This document shows positions 1-10,825 of a DNA stretch of 64,000 nt, piece after piece. Source of the DNA: an uncultured Spirochaetota bacterium. GTDB lineage: Bacteria; Spirochaetota; Spirochaetia; SZUA-6; CAVTHK01. Where the stretch lies: assembly GCA_963734495.1 (NCBI GenBank), contig CAVTHK010000010.1, forward strand, positions 292,568 through 356,567, written 5' to 3'. A model generated the notes under the pieces. It was not told where the DNA came from and did no database searches. It was given only the letters and a program-made list of their open reading frames with translations. Position 1 is the first letter of the stretch; each line of letters starts with the position of its first letter. A program made the translations under genes and the position numbers.

Positions 1-40
1 GCTCGGCCTGCGCCTGCTTGAGCTGCCTTCTCTCCACCAT
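1..40 (-). CDS. 5' end of a gene running off the left edge (MVERRQLKQAQAE...), product unknown
   Basis: ATG at 40, preceded by a TTGACG(74-79)/TAGCTT(50-55) promoter-like pair on the minus strand. Confidence 0.45.
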   Translation of the reverse strand, partial: MVERRQLKQAQAE

Positions 41-105
41 GTGAGACCGAAGCTACAACAGCGAGGCGACCGGCGTCAAATTGCGTCAATCAGGCGCGGG
101 AGGGA

Positions 106-1090
106 TCAGCGCGGGGCGAGATCCGCCAGGGGCAGCGCCTCGATCCCGAGCGAGTCGCGCAGGTGGCGCGCGAGAGTGAGGCTCTCGCCGTGGGTCACGT
201 AGACCACGCGGGCGCCGCTCTCCGCCACGGTCGCCACGAGCTGAGGCCAGTCCGCATGATCGGAAAGGGCGAAGCCCCGGTCGTATCGGCCGTCCGGCAC
301 GCCGGTGCGCATCCAGCCCGAAACAAAGGCGGTCTGCGCATCGCGGAGGCGGCGCGTCGCGGCGCAGCTCCTGCGCCGACGGCGGGGCGATCACCAGCTC
401 GCCGCGAAGCGGCTCACCCCGCGGGACCGAGGCGATCGGAGCCGCGGGCAGCATGCGGATGCCGGCGCGCCTGTAGATCTCCGTGATCCGCACGGCGCGG
501 TGGTGAAGGTACACCTTCCGGTCCGTGCGCAGCGCGAGCTCCGCGAGCACCCGTTGCGTCTTTCCGAACGCGTAGCAGAAGAGCAGGCTCGGGCGATCCG
601 GCGCGCCCTGCCACCAGCGATAGATGGCTTCGACGACCTGCGCCGCCGGCTCCCAGCGATACTCCGGAAGCCCGAAGGTCGCCTCGGTTATGAGGGTGTC
701 GCATGGGACGGGCTCGAAGGGCTCGCACGAGGGGTCGGCATCCCGCTTGAAGTCTCCGGTCACCACCCAGACGCGACCGCCCGCCTCCACGCGGACCTGC
801 GCGGAGCCGAGCACGTGTCCGGCGGGGTGGAGCGAAACCCGCGCGTCCCCCAGGGCGAGGCGTTCGCCGTAGTCGACGGCGCGCACCCGGATCCCCTTGC
901 CGAGCCGCGCGCGCAGGACCGCCACGCCCGACCGCGCCGCGATGTACAGCCGCGAGCCGCGGGAGGCGTGGTCCGCGTGAGCATGCGTGACGATCGCGCA
1001 GTCGACGGCGCGCGAAGGGTCGACGTGGAACCCTCCGGCGCCGCAGAAGAGCCCGCACTCATCGACGCGGATCAGCGCCGTCCCGGTCAC
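106..1090 (-). CDS. Ligase-associated DNA damage response exonuclease (metallo-beta-lactamase/beta-CASP fold); one frameshift near 360
   Basis: THAHADH, AGHVLGSAQ, TGDFK, ITEATFG and YAFGKTQR motifs; C-terminal LSDHADW and VYVTHG lie in the second frame (ORF 106..312). Confidence 0.88.
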
Positions 1091-1204
1091 GGGTCCAGAG
1101 TATCAGGCCCGGCGCCGCGCGAAAAGCCTGTTGTCACGTCATCCGCGCCCGGGTATGTTGCCCTCGCGCAGCCGGGAACATCCCCGTGCGGTCGGAGGCT
1201 CTGA

Positions 1205-2350
1205 GTGATCCGCGACCGGACCGTCATCACGGGCTCGTCGTACATGGCCATGTTCTTCCTCGGGGTCTCGATCCAGGTGGTCGGTGCGGCCGCGCGGAAC
1301 ATCGGGCTTTCGGCGTCCGAGATCGGGCTCCTGGTGGCGGCCCAGAACGTCGGCTTCGTCGCGGGCGTGCTGGTCGCCGGATCGCTCGCGGACACCCGCT
1401 CCAAGCCGCGCATCCTCCTCGCCGCGAGCGTCCTGCTGGCCGCGAGCTTCTCCACCTTCTACGTCAGCCCGCGGCTCGCGCCCAACCTCGCGGTCATGCT
1501 CGCCATGGGAGTCGGCATCGGGGCCTACGAGGCGGTGACCGACGCAATGCTGCTGGAAATCCACGCGCGGAACGAGAGCCTTCACATTAATGTCAATCAT
1601 TTCTTCGTCACCCTCGGCTCCCTCGTGGTCACCGCCTACCTGATCGCGCTGCAGATGTCCTGGCGGCGCTCGATGGTGCAGTCGGCCGCGGGCGCCGCGG
1701 CGCTCGCGCTGCTGTTCGCGCTCACGTCGCTTCCCCCGCGCCGGGCGGCGGGGACGACGCTCGGCGAACGGCTCAAGGTCTTCGTCGGCGAACGGGCCTT
1801 TGTCTTCGCGTTCGCGCTCACCGTCGTCGCCCTCGGTGCCGCGACCACGTCGCAGAGCGTGATGACCACCTATCTCATGGAGCTGCGCGGCATGACCCAG
1901 GTCACGTCGAAGGTCGCCCTCGTCGTGCTGCTCGCCGGAGTCGGCGCGGGCAGGATCGCGATCGGCGTGCTCACGCGCGGCGGCCGCATCTACCCCACCC
2001 TGCTCGCCTCGTGCGCGCTGTCCGCGGCGACCAATGCGCTCTTCTACTTTGCCGATCTCGGGCCGGCCGTCTACGTCGTGATCTTCGTGCAGGGCGTCAC
2101 GCAGTCAGCGCTCCTGCCCCTGCTGATCACGCTCACCGGAGTCCTCTACAGGAAGGTCTCCGGCACGGCAATGGGCGTGCTCAAGCTCGCGATCCCCCTC
2201 GGCGGGATCCTGCTCCCGCTGATGTTCTCGGCGCTGACGGAGGTGATGGCGCTGTCCGCCGCCGTGGTGTTCTTTCCGGCCACGTTCGTGCTCGCCTGCG
2301 GGCTCGCCGTGCTCGGGCGCCGAAGTCTCCGCACGGAAGCGACACGCTGA
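1205..2350 (+). CDS. MFS transporter
   Basis: 381 aa with ~12 hydrophobic segments and a GSLADTRSKPR motif-A-like loop. Confidence 0.85.
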   Translation: MIRDRTVITGSSYMAMFFLGVSIQVVGAAARNIGLSASEIGLLVAAQNVGFVAGVLVAGSLADTRSKPRILLAASVLLAASFSTFYVSPRLAPNLAVMLAMGVGIGAYEAVTDAMLLEIHARNESLHINVNHFFVTLGSLVVTAYLIALQMSWRRSMVQSAAGAAALALLFALTSLPPRRAAGTTLGERLKVFVGERAFVFAFALTVVALGAATTSQSVMTTYLMELRGMTQVTSKVALVVLLAGVGAGRIAIGVLTRGGRIYPTLLASCALSAATNALFYFADLGPAVYVVIFVQGVTQSALLPLLITLTGVLYRKVSGTAMGVLKLAIPLGGILLPLMFSALTEVMALSAAVVFFPATFVLACGLAVLGRRSLRTEATR

Positions 2351-2386
2351 GGCGGCCTTTCGCCGCGCCGGGCTGCACCGCGCCCG

Positions 2387-3602
2387 TCAGTCGAACAGGT
2401 CGCCCTGGCGCCACTGCGCGCCGCCCTCGCGCCTCACAGGCCCCGAGGCGGTGCGCCCGCCGAGCCCGGGCGAGGCGCGCAGCTCCCGCTCCACCACGGC
2501 GTCGAAATCCGCCTCCGGCCTGCCGCGGTCCTCGACCAGCAACGCCAGGCGGGAGAGGGCGCGCAGCCCCTCGAGGCGCTCCGACCGCTCGATCCGCGCC
2601 TTTTCGACCGCGCGCCGCAGCACGGCGATGCTCTGGTCGTAGACGCTCGTCGGGACCGGGAAAGGGTGGCCGTCCTTGCCGCCGTGCGCGAAGGCGAAGC
2701 GCGCGGGGTCGTCGAAGCGGTGCGGCGCGCCGTAGATGACCTCGGCCACGAGCGCGAGCGCCTGCATCGTCCGCGGCCCCACGCCCGGAACGAGCAGCGC
2801 CTCGGCGAAGTCGGCGAGCCCGCGCTCGTACGCGAGCGCGAGCACCGCGCCGAGGCGGCGCGAGTCGACGTCCGCCGCGGTCACTTCGTGCCGCCGCGGC
2901 AGCAGGAGCCGCCGCATCTCGGCGAGCTGGCGGCCGGGCGGCTCCCGCAGGAACTCGACGATGCCGCGGCGTGCCGCCTCGGCGCGGCCGTCGGAGAGGT
3001 TGGTGATCTCGCCCTGGCGCTCGCCGACGATGGCCGCCTGCGGGTCGGAGACGAACGAGCGGACGCCGGTCGAATGCCAGTGGTACCGGCGGGCGAGACG
3101 GCTTGCCGGGTTCATGCCCTGCTGGATCACGGCCCACTCTCCGTCGCGCGTGACGACAAAGGAGTGCAGGTACAGCGAGAAGCCGTCCTGAACGCAGGTG
3201 TTGTCGACCTTGGCCGCGAGCCGGGACGCGCGGGCGAGCGCTTCGCCGTCGAGCCCCGAAGCCGAAGCGTACGCCCGCAGCTCGTCCGGCGTGCGCCGCG
3301 AATAACGGCCGCGGCCCCCGCAGACGACGATGCCGAGGTCGCGCTCGCGCGGCGCGAGCCCGCGCTTGAGCGCGCCCATGACCGACGTCGTGATCCCCGA
3401 CGAGTGCCAGTCCATGCCCATGACCGCGCCGAGCGCCTGGAACCAGTAAGGGTCGCTCAGGCGGGAGAGCAGCTCGGTGCGGCCGAACTCGACGACGACT
3501 GCTTCCGAGATGGCGCCGCCCGAGCCGCGTCATCCGCTCGGCCAGCCAGGCCGGGACGCGTCCGTTGTGCAGGGGAAGATCCGCCGTGCCGCCTCGCCTC
3601 AT
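2387..3602 (-). CDS. DUF763 domain protein; frameshift near 3520
   Basis: MRRGGTADLPLHNGRVPAWL start, GMDWHSSGITT, AKVDNTCVQDGF, WAVIQQGMN and FAHGGKDGHPFPV. Confidence 0.88.
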
Positions 3603-3656
3603 CGGCTCCTCTCCTCCGAAAGCGGTCCTCTGCGCGCCCAGGCGCGCGCCGCGCTG

Positions 3657-4645
3657 TCACGTCACCAGGACCAGCGACCCCTCGACTTCGCCGGAGCGCA
3701 GCGCGGCCAGCGCCTCGTTCGCGCGGTCGAGGGCGAACGTGCGCACCGTCGTGCGCACGGGCACGCGGGGAGCGATCGACAGGAACTCCTCGCCGTCGCG
3801 CCGCGTCAGGTTCGCGACCGAGCGGATCACCTTCTCGTTCCAGAGGTCGGAATACGGGAACGAGGGGATGTCGCTCATGTGGATGCCCGCGCAGACGACG
3901 GTCCCTCCCTTGCGCACGGCCTTCGACGCGGCCGCGGGCACCAGCGCGCCGACCGGGGCAAAGATGATCGCCGCGTCCAGCGGCTCGCGGAGGCGGCTCG
4001 TCCGATCCGCCCGCCCAGACGGCCCCGAGGCCGCGGGCGAACGCCGCGGCGCGCGAGTCGCCGGGCCGCGTGAAGGCGAAGACCTCGCGCCCCTCGAACC
4101 GCGCGACCTGCAGGACCATGTGAGCCGCGGAGCCGAACCCGTAGAAGCCCAGCCGCTTCGCGTCGCCGGCGAGTCGCAGCGCCCTGTACCCGATGAGCCC
4201 GCCGCAGAGCAGCGGCGCGGCCTGCAGGTCGGGGTAGCCTTCGGGGATCGGGAAGCAGAAGCGTTCGTCGGCCACCGCCTGCTCGGCGTAGCCGCCGTCG
4301 ACGTGAAGCCCGGTAAAGCGCGCCTGGTCGCACAGGTTCTCGGCGCCCGAGCGGCAGTAGTCGCAGACGCCGCAGGTCCCGCCGAGCCACGGGACGCCGA
4401 CGCGGCTGCCGACCGCATAACGGCGCGCGCCCGGGCCCGCCGCGACCACCTCGCCGACGATCTGGTGGCCCGGCACGAGCGGGAGCTTCGGCGCGGCGAG
4501 CTCGCCGTCCGGCGATGTGGACGTCGGTGCGGCAGACGCCGCACGCGCGCACCCGCAGCAGCACCTGCCCCGGGCCCGGCTCGGGGTCCGGCAGGTCAGC
4601 CGGCACGAGCGGGCTGCCGGGCCGCTCGAGCACCATCGCCTTCAT
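3657..4645 (-). CDS. Zinc-dependent alcohol dehydrogenase family protein; frameshifts near 3990 and 4510
   Basis: MKAMVLE start, CGVCRTD, PGHQIVG, CGVCDYC..C, APLLCGGLIGYR, GFGSAAH and SVANLTRRDG. Confidence 0.88.
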
Positions 4646-4783
4646 GAAGGAAGCGTAGAAACTGAAGGGCCCCCGGTCAAGCTGCTCCGCGGCCGCGCGA
4701 AACGCCTCGAACGGGCGACATGTCGCGCCCCCGCGGCGGGCCGTATTGATCGGGCGCGCCCTCTCTTGGCATATTCGGGGCGG

Positions 4784-5562
4784 GTGAACGAGACACTCCT
4801 TCGACTGACCGAAGCGGACCTGCTGTTCCTCGCGGAGACGCTCGCTGCCGGGCGGCGATCGCGGGCGGATGCTGCGCGTGCTGCGGGAGGACGAAGAGAT
4901 CCTGCGCGGCATGCTCGCCGACGAGCGGCTGGTCAGCAGGATCATCCGCGATGCCGAGGCCCCCGCTGCAGGTGTCGCCCCGGCTGCTGTTCGCCGTGCT
5001 GCTGAACCGCGTCCGCAGGGACCTCGCCGACCTCGGCTACACCTTCGAGTCGGCCGGGCATGCCGTCGTCTTCGACGGTCCCCAGGTCGCTTCGCTGCTC
5101 GAGGACACGCGGATCCTCGACTACCTCGTGGAGCTGCTCGTCTCCTTCGTCAGGGTCCAGGGCACGACGATCATCGTGCGCGGGCGCGCAGGGGGATCTG
5201 GCGGCGCTACCGCTTCAACGACCTCGACCTGATGGGGCTCATACGCTACACGTCGACGCTCGAGGAGGCGATGCGTTTCCCGTGGTATCGCCGCATCGGC
5301 GACCTGTGCCTCTTCCTGACCGGCGTCTTCCCGGAGCACGTCGAATGCGGCGGGCCCCTCGCGCGAGCTCGCGAGGCAGGCGACGACGGAGAACGGCCGC
5401 AGCTTCTACCGCGCGGCCGCGAATCACCCCGAAGCCGCGCGCATCGGCGCCGCCGAGGTGCTCCTGCGCCTGGCCGAGGCCTTTCACCTCGCCGCCAAGC
5501 CGCTCGCTCACATGGTCAACAGGTACCTGGGCCCGCTGCGCGAGGGGCTGTTCTCGCCCTGA
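4784..5562 (+). CDS. Hypothetical alpha-helical protein with several frameshifts
   Basis: A coherent protein can be stitched from ORFs 4517, 4869, 4951 and 5060 (MNETLLRLTEADLLFL...VSPRLLFAVLL...YRRIGDLCLFLTGVFPEHV...FYRAAA...LAAKPL). Confidence 0.65.
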
Positions 5563-5580
5563 CCGCGCGAGACGCGCTGG

Positions 5581-6733
5581 TCAGCCCACGGCCATCGCAG
5601 GATCTCGGCGACGTCCTTGGAGCCGGATCGCCTTGTGCTCGCCGAAGACCTGCCCGTCGAGCCGCTTCGGGATGAGCGCCGCGGCTTCGGCCGGAATGGA
5701 GTGCGCCTTCATCGTCGTGCCGATCCCGAGCGAGTGGAAGAACTCCTCCGTCCTGCGGATGGCGGCGTCCGCGACGCTCGCGTCGTCGCCGGAGAGGCCG
5801 AAGACCCGGCGCCCGAGCTGAGCGAGCTTCGCGCTCTTGCGCTCGATCTGGTGCCGCCACAGGCTCGGCAGCACGATCGCGAGCGTGCGCGCGTGGTCGA
5901 GGTTGTAGAGCACGGTGAGCTCGTGGCCGATCTGGTGCGTGGCGAAGTCCGTGGTCACGCCGCAGCCCGAGCTGGCCGTTGAGCGCCTGGGTCGCGCACC
6001 ACATCAGGTTGGCGCGCACGTCGTAGTTGCGCGGGGTCCTTCTTCACCTTGGCCGCCTCTTCGAGCAGCGTGAGCAGCACCGCCTCGGCCTGCCGGTCCT
6101 GCAGGGGCGCGCCCTGGTCCCACGTCAGGTACTGCTCGACGACGTGCACGAAGGTGTCGGCGATGCCGTTGTTGAGCTGCCGCTCGGGCAGCGAGTAGGT
6201 CGTCTCGGGGTCCAGGATCGAGAAGCGCGGGTAGATGAGGGGGCTGCGGAACGAGCGCTTCGTGCCGGTCTCGCGGCGCGACATGACGGAGATCATGTTC
6301 ATCTCGCTGCCGGTCGCGGGCAGCGTGAGCACGCTCCCCATCGGGACGGCGTCTTCGATCTCGGGCCGGTCCTTCACGATGTCCCAGGGGTCCGCGCCCT
6401 TCCAGCGCATGGCGGCGGCGATGAACTTGGTGCCGTCCAGCACCGACCCGCCGCCCACGGCCAGCAGGAAGTCGACCTTCTCCCGCCGGCCCAGGGCGAC
6501 GGCCTTCATGCACGTCTCGTACTCGGGGTTGGGCTCGATCCCGCCGAACTCGAACACGGGATAGCCGGCGAGGGCCTTCTTCACCTGTTCGTAGACGCCG
6601 TTCCGCTTGATCGACCCGCCGCCGTACGTGATCAGCACGCGGCGCGCCGGCGGGGATCAGCCGCGGGAGCTCGGCGATCGTCCCCTTGCCGAACACGATC
6701 CTCGGTGGGATTGTAGTAGGTGAAGTTCTGCAT
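5581..6733 (-). CDS. Iron-containing alcohol dehydrogenase (YqhD/butanol dehydrogenase type); several frameshifts
   Basis: MQNFTYYNPT start, YGGGSIK, GIEPNP, AVGGGSVLDGTK, LPATGSEMN, DTFVHVVEQY, ATHQIGHELT and HARTLA. Confidence 0.88.
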
Positions 6734-6812
6734 CGCCGCTCCTTCGATGTGAGCGCGCGGGCGCGTCCTGCGCCCGCTGCTCGAGTGACTGCCTCGCCTT
6801 TGTGTTTCCGAC

Positions 6813-6841
6813 AAGCTAATGATGGGTGCGCAGGGTGTCAA
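6813..6841 (-). promoter_or_regulatory. Sigma70-type promoter for the Fe-ADH gene
   Basis: TTGACA-17 bp-TAGCTT on the minus strand. Confidence 0.65.
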
Positions 6842-6875
6842 CCGGCCCGCCCCACACCGGCTCGCCGGGGCGGCC

Positions 6876-7027
6876 CCCGGCGAGTACGCTGGGTAGGGGT
6901 GCTGACGAAGACGTCAGCTGAGCAACCCAGCGAGTACGCTGGGTAGGGGTGCTGACGAAGACGTCAGCTGAGCAACCCGGCGAGTACGCTCGGGTGGGGG
7001 TGCTGACGAAGACGTCAGCAGAGCAAC
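6876..7027. repeat. Three-copy 50-bp tandem palindromic repeat (GTAG/REP-like)
   Basis: Unit CGAGTACGCTGGGTAGGGGTGCTGACGAAGACGTCAGCTGAGCAACCCRG starts at 6881, 6931 and 6981; the third copy is diverged. Confidence 0.95.
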
Positions 7028-7930
7028 ATCCAGGCGCCGGCGATCATCAGGACGGTCGGCAGGATGCGGCCCGCGATGCGTTCGCGGAACACGACGCCGG
7101 CGAGCACGAGGGTCACGAGCAGCGAGAGCATCGAGGCGGGCTCGGCCACGCTCACTTCGAGCGAGCCGAGCGCGACGAGCAGCAGCAGGTAGGAGAACGC
7201 GTTGATGGCGCCGGCGGCGAGCGCGGTAAGCGGGCCTGCCCGCGCACGAGCCGCACCGCCTCGCCCGCACGGCCGCGGACGATCACGAACACGCCGAGCC
7301 AGAACGTGACCGCGGCGTAGATCGCGAAGGCGTACACCGCGGAACCCACCAGGCGCACCTGCGAGGTGTCGACCGTCCGGCCGACCGCCATGAGCAGCGA
7401 GCAACCGATCATGAGGAGCGCGGCCCGCCGGTTGCCGCCCCCGGCGGCGCCTTCGCTGCGCCGCGGGCGTCCCGCGCTCGGGCCCGCTCTGCGTGGGCAA
7501 GCACCCAGCTGCCGGCGACGAGCAACGCGATGCCGCCGACCTTGGCCGCAGTCAAGGACTCGCCGAGAAAGATCGAGGCAAGCGCCAGCAGGAAGAAGAC
7601 GTTGAAGTTGTAGAACGGGCTCACGAACGACGCTTCGCCCGTCGAGAGCGCCGCAACGTACAGGACGAAGGCGCCGGCGTAGACCAGCCCGTTCGCGGCG
7701 ACGATCAACGCCGCCTCGAGCGAACAGCCACGCGGCGTCGCGTGCCTGGAGCGCGAACAGCGGCAGCGGCGCGAGAAAGACGGTCGCGATGAGGAAGAAG
7801 AGGAACGCGGCCGCGGTTCCGCTCGCGCTCGCGCCGAGCCGCTTGACGACAATGCGCTCGGCGCCCAGGAGCGCGATGCGGCCCCCGAGCGCGCCGATCG
7901 CCGAGCGCCGGAACCACGCGCCGCGCTCAC
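7015..7930 (-). CDS. EamA/DMT family transporter with several frameshifts
   Basis: RIALLGAERIVVKRLG, ALSTGEASFVSP, IFLGESLT, ALGSLEVSVAEP and VVFRERI; GTGA overlap with the livF stop. Confidence 0.8.
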
Positions 7931-8633
7931 ACGCCGAGGTAGGCGGACTTGACCTGCGGGTTTTCCGCGATCTCGCGGGCGGTGCCCGAGAGCACGATGC
8001 GCCCGGTCTCCAGCACGTACGCCCGGTGCGCGATCGACAGCGCCATGTGCGCGTTCTGCTCCACGAGGAGGATGCTCGTCCCCTGGTCGTTGATCTCGCG
8101 GATGATCCGGAAGATCTCCTCGACCAGGATCGGGCTCAGGCCCATCGAGGGCTCGTCCAGGAGCAGGAGCGTCGGCACGCTCATGAGCCCGCGGGCCGTG
8201 GCGAGCATCTGCTGCTCGCCCGCCCGAGAGGGTGCCGCCGATCTGGTGGATGCGCTCCTTGAGCCTGGGGAAGCTGGCGAAGACCCGCTGCAGCGAGCGC
8301 TCGACTTCGGTCGCGGTCGTTGCGCGTAAAGGCGCCCATGTCCAGGTTCTCGCGCACCGTGAGCGGGGCGAAGATCTTGCGGCCCTCGGGGACGTGGCTG
8401 ATCCCGAGGCGCACGATCTGCTCGGCGGGCATCGTCGTGATGTCGCCGCCCTTGAACGTGATGCTGCCCGCCCTCGGGTGGACCAGCCCGGAAACCGCGC
8501 GCAGCGTGGTCGACTTGCCCGCGCCGTTGGCGCCGATCAGCGTGACGATCTCGCCGGCCTCGACGTGGAACGATATGCCCTGCAGGGCATGGATCGCGTC
8601 GTAGTAGACGTCGATGTTCTCAACCTGCAGCAA
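7927..8633 (-). CDS. livF: Branched-chain amino acid ABC ATPase (LivF); frameshifted near 8220-8310
   Basis: GANGAGKST, HVPEGRKIF, LDEPSMGL and LLVEQNA. Confidence 0.88.
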
Positions 8634-9413
8634 TGCTGTCGGCTCCTTTGCCCAGATAGGCCTCGATGACGCGCTCGTTCTCCTGGATCTCCCTGGGCGT
8701 GCCGCGCGCGATCACCTCGCCGAAATCCATGACCGTGATCGTCTCGCAGATCCCCATCACGACCCGCATCTGGTGCTCGATCAGCAGGATCGTGAGATCG
8801 AACCGGTCCCGGATGAAATGGATCAGCTCCATGAGCCGGATGATCTCGCGGGGGTTCATGCCGGCCGCCGGCTCGTCGAGCAGCAGCAGGGTGGGGTCGC
8901 AGGCGAGGGCGCGGGCGATCTCGACGCGCCGTTGCTCGCCGTAGGGCAGGTTGCGGACGATCTCGCCCTGGATCGCGTCGAGGTGGAAGATGGCGAGGAA
9001 CTCGAGCGCCTGCTCGGTCAGCTCCTTTTCCCTCTGCTGGTACCGCCGCGTTCCGCAGGAGGCTGTCTCCCAGGCCGTAGCCCGCGTGCGGGTGGTAGGC
9101 GATCCTGCACGTTGTCGAGCACCGAAAGGTTCGCGAAGAGGCGGATGTTCTGGAAGGTCCGTCCGACCCCGAGCCGCGTGATCTCGAACGGCTCGAGCCC
9201 CGTGATCGGCTCGCCCTTAAAGGTGATCGCGCCGCCCGAGGGCTGGTAGAGTCCCGTGATCATGTTGAACACGGTGGTCTTGCCGGCGCCGTTGGGGCCG
9301 ATCAGGCCGGTGAGCGAGCCGGGCGGGAGCGCGAGGTCGAAGTCCCGCACCGCGCACAGACCGCCGAAGAACTTTGTGAGGCCCGCGACCTCGAGCAGGG
9401 GCGCTTTCTCCAT
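8620..9413 (-). CDS. livG: Branched-chain amino acid ABC ATPase (LivG); frameshifted near 9050-9110
   Basis: GPNGAGKTT, RTFQNIRLF, LLDEPAAGMNP, LIEH and VIEAYLG. Confidence 0.88.
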
Positions 9414-9419
9414 TGCAGC

Positions 9420-10822
9420 CTACCCCTCCCCGCCGGCGGCGGCTCCGGGCTCCGTCCGCGCCGACTCACCTTTGGCGGCCGGTGTGGCTCCGGCCGCCGC
9501 CGCGCCGCCGGCGGTTTCCGGCTTGAGGAATCCCCACTCCACGTTTCCGAGCATGCCCTTCGGACGAATGAGCATCAGCAGGAGCAGCGCGATCGGGTAC
9601 AGCACGAAGCGCCAGGTCGGCGCCTCGGTGCCCATCTGGCTGAGAAGGACGCGCAGCAGCCCCTCGAGGAAGTAGATCCACCCGAACGAGGCCACGATGG
9701 TACCCGTCATGCTGCCCAGACCGCCGAACACGATGATGATGAGGGGGTTGAAGCCCACGAGGAAATCGAATGTGCCGGGGCTCAGGAACCCGATGAAGTG
9801 GGCGTAGACTCCGCCGCCTATCCCCGCGAAGAAGCTTCCCGCCACGAACGACAGGAGCTTCGTGCTGGCGACATCGATGCCCATGGCCTTGGCCGCGGTC
9901 TCGTCCTCCCGCACCGACATGACCGCCCGGCCCGTGCTCGAGCGGATGAGGTTCCGCATGAGCACGATCACGAGCAGCAGGAACGAAAACGCCCAGAACC
10001 AGTTGGTCATCTTGGGGATGCCGATCATGCCGCGGCCGCCCTTCATCTCGGGGAAAGGCAGGATCGTGTCCGAGTTGACCATCAGCGTGTTGACGACGAT
10101 GGAGAATCCGAGAGTCGCTATGCCGAAGTAGTCGCTGCCCAGGCTGAGCACGGGCAGGCCGAACAGAAAGCTGATCTCCGCGGCGAACACGCCGGCCAGC
10201 AGCACGGCCAGGAAGAACACGGCCTGTTGCGCCGCCGGCGAGTTCAGCGGCCCGGGCTGCGCGAGCGTGCCCAGCAGGGGCGCGAGCGCCGGGTTCACGA
10301 TCCGGCCCGCGATGATCGCCACGTAGCCCGCGGCCACAGCCGCGATGAGGTAAAAGGTGAAGGCCGACAGCACCGGGATCCCGCGCTGGGACCGGAGCAT
10401 CCGGTTCACACCGAACAGGAAAAGGGCGCCGACGGCCACCCCGACACCGATGACGACCAGCCCGCGCGGGTCCCCGTTGATCCAGCGGTAGGTGATGTCG
10501 GCCGCGCAGTACGCGCCGATCCCGTAGAAGCCCCACTGGCCCAGGCTGAACTGCCCGTTGAACCCGTAGATCAGGTTCAGCCCCAGGGCCACCATGGTCA
10601 TGGTGCACGCCTGAAAGACGAGCCCCCGGTCGAAATCCGACAGCAGCTGGAAATCCCCGAACTGCAGCGGAAAAGGCGAGCTGGCCGAGGGCGAGCGCCG
10701 CGACGACGCCGGCAGCCTTCTTCCAGAGCTCCTTCCTGCCGAGCACCCAGAGCACGCCATAGAGAAACGCGATGATGAGGGCGATCTTCACGAATCGTGC
10801 CAGCGAGGAATCCGAGCTCCAT
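9420..10822 (-). CDS. livM: Branched-chain amino acid ABC permease (LivM); frameshift near 10680
   Basis: GLNLIYGFNGQFSLGQ, DYFGIATLGF, GRAVMSVREDETAA and VFGGLGS. Confidence 0.88.
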
Positions 10823-10825
10823 GCT

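Noticed and set aside
6876..7027. CRISPR array
   Set aside because: Units are contiguous and near-identical with no unique spacers, and no cas genes are present
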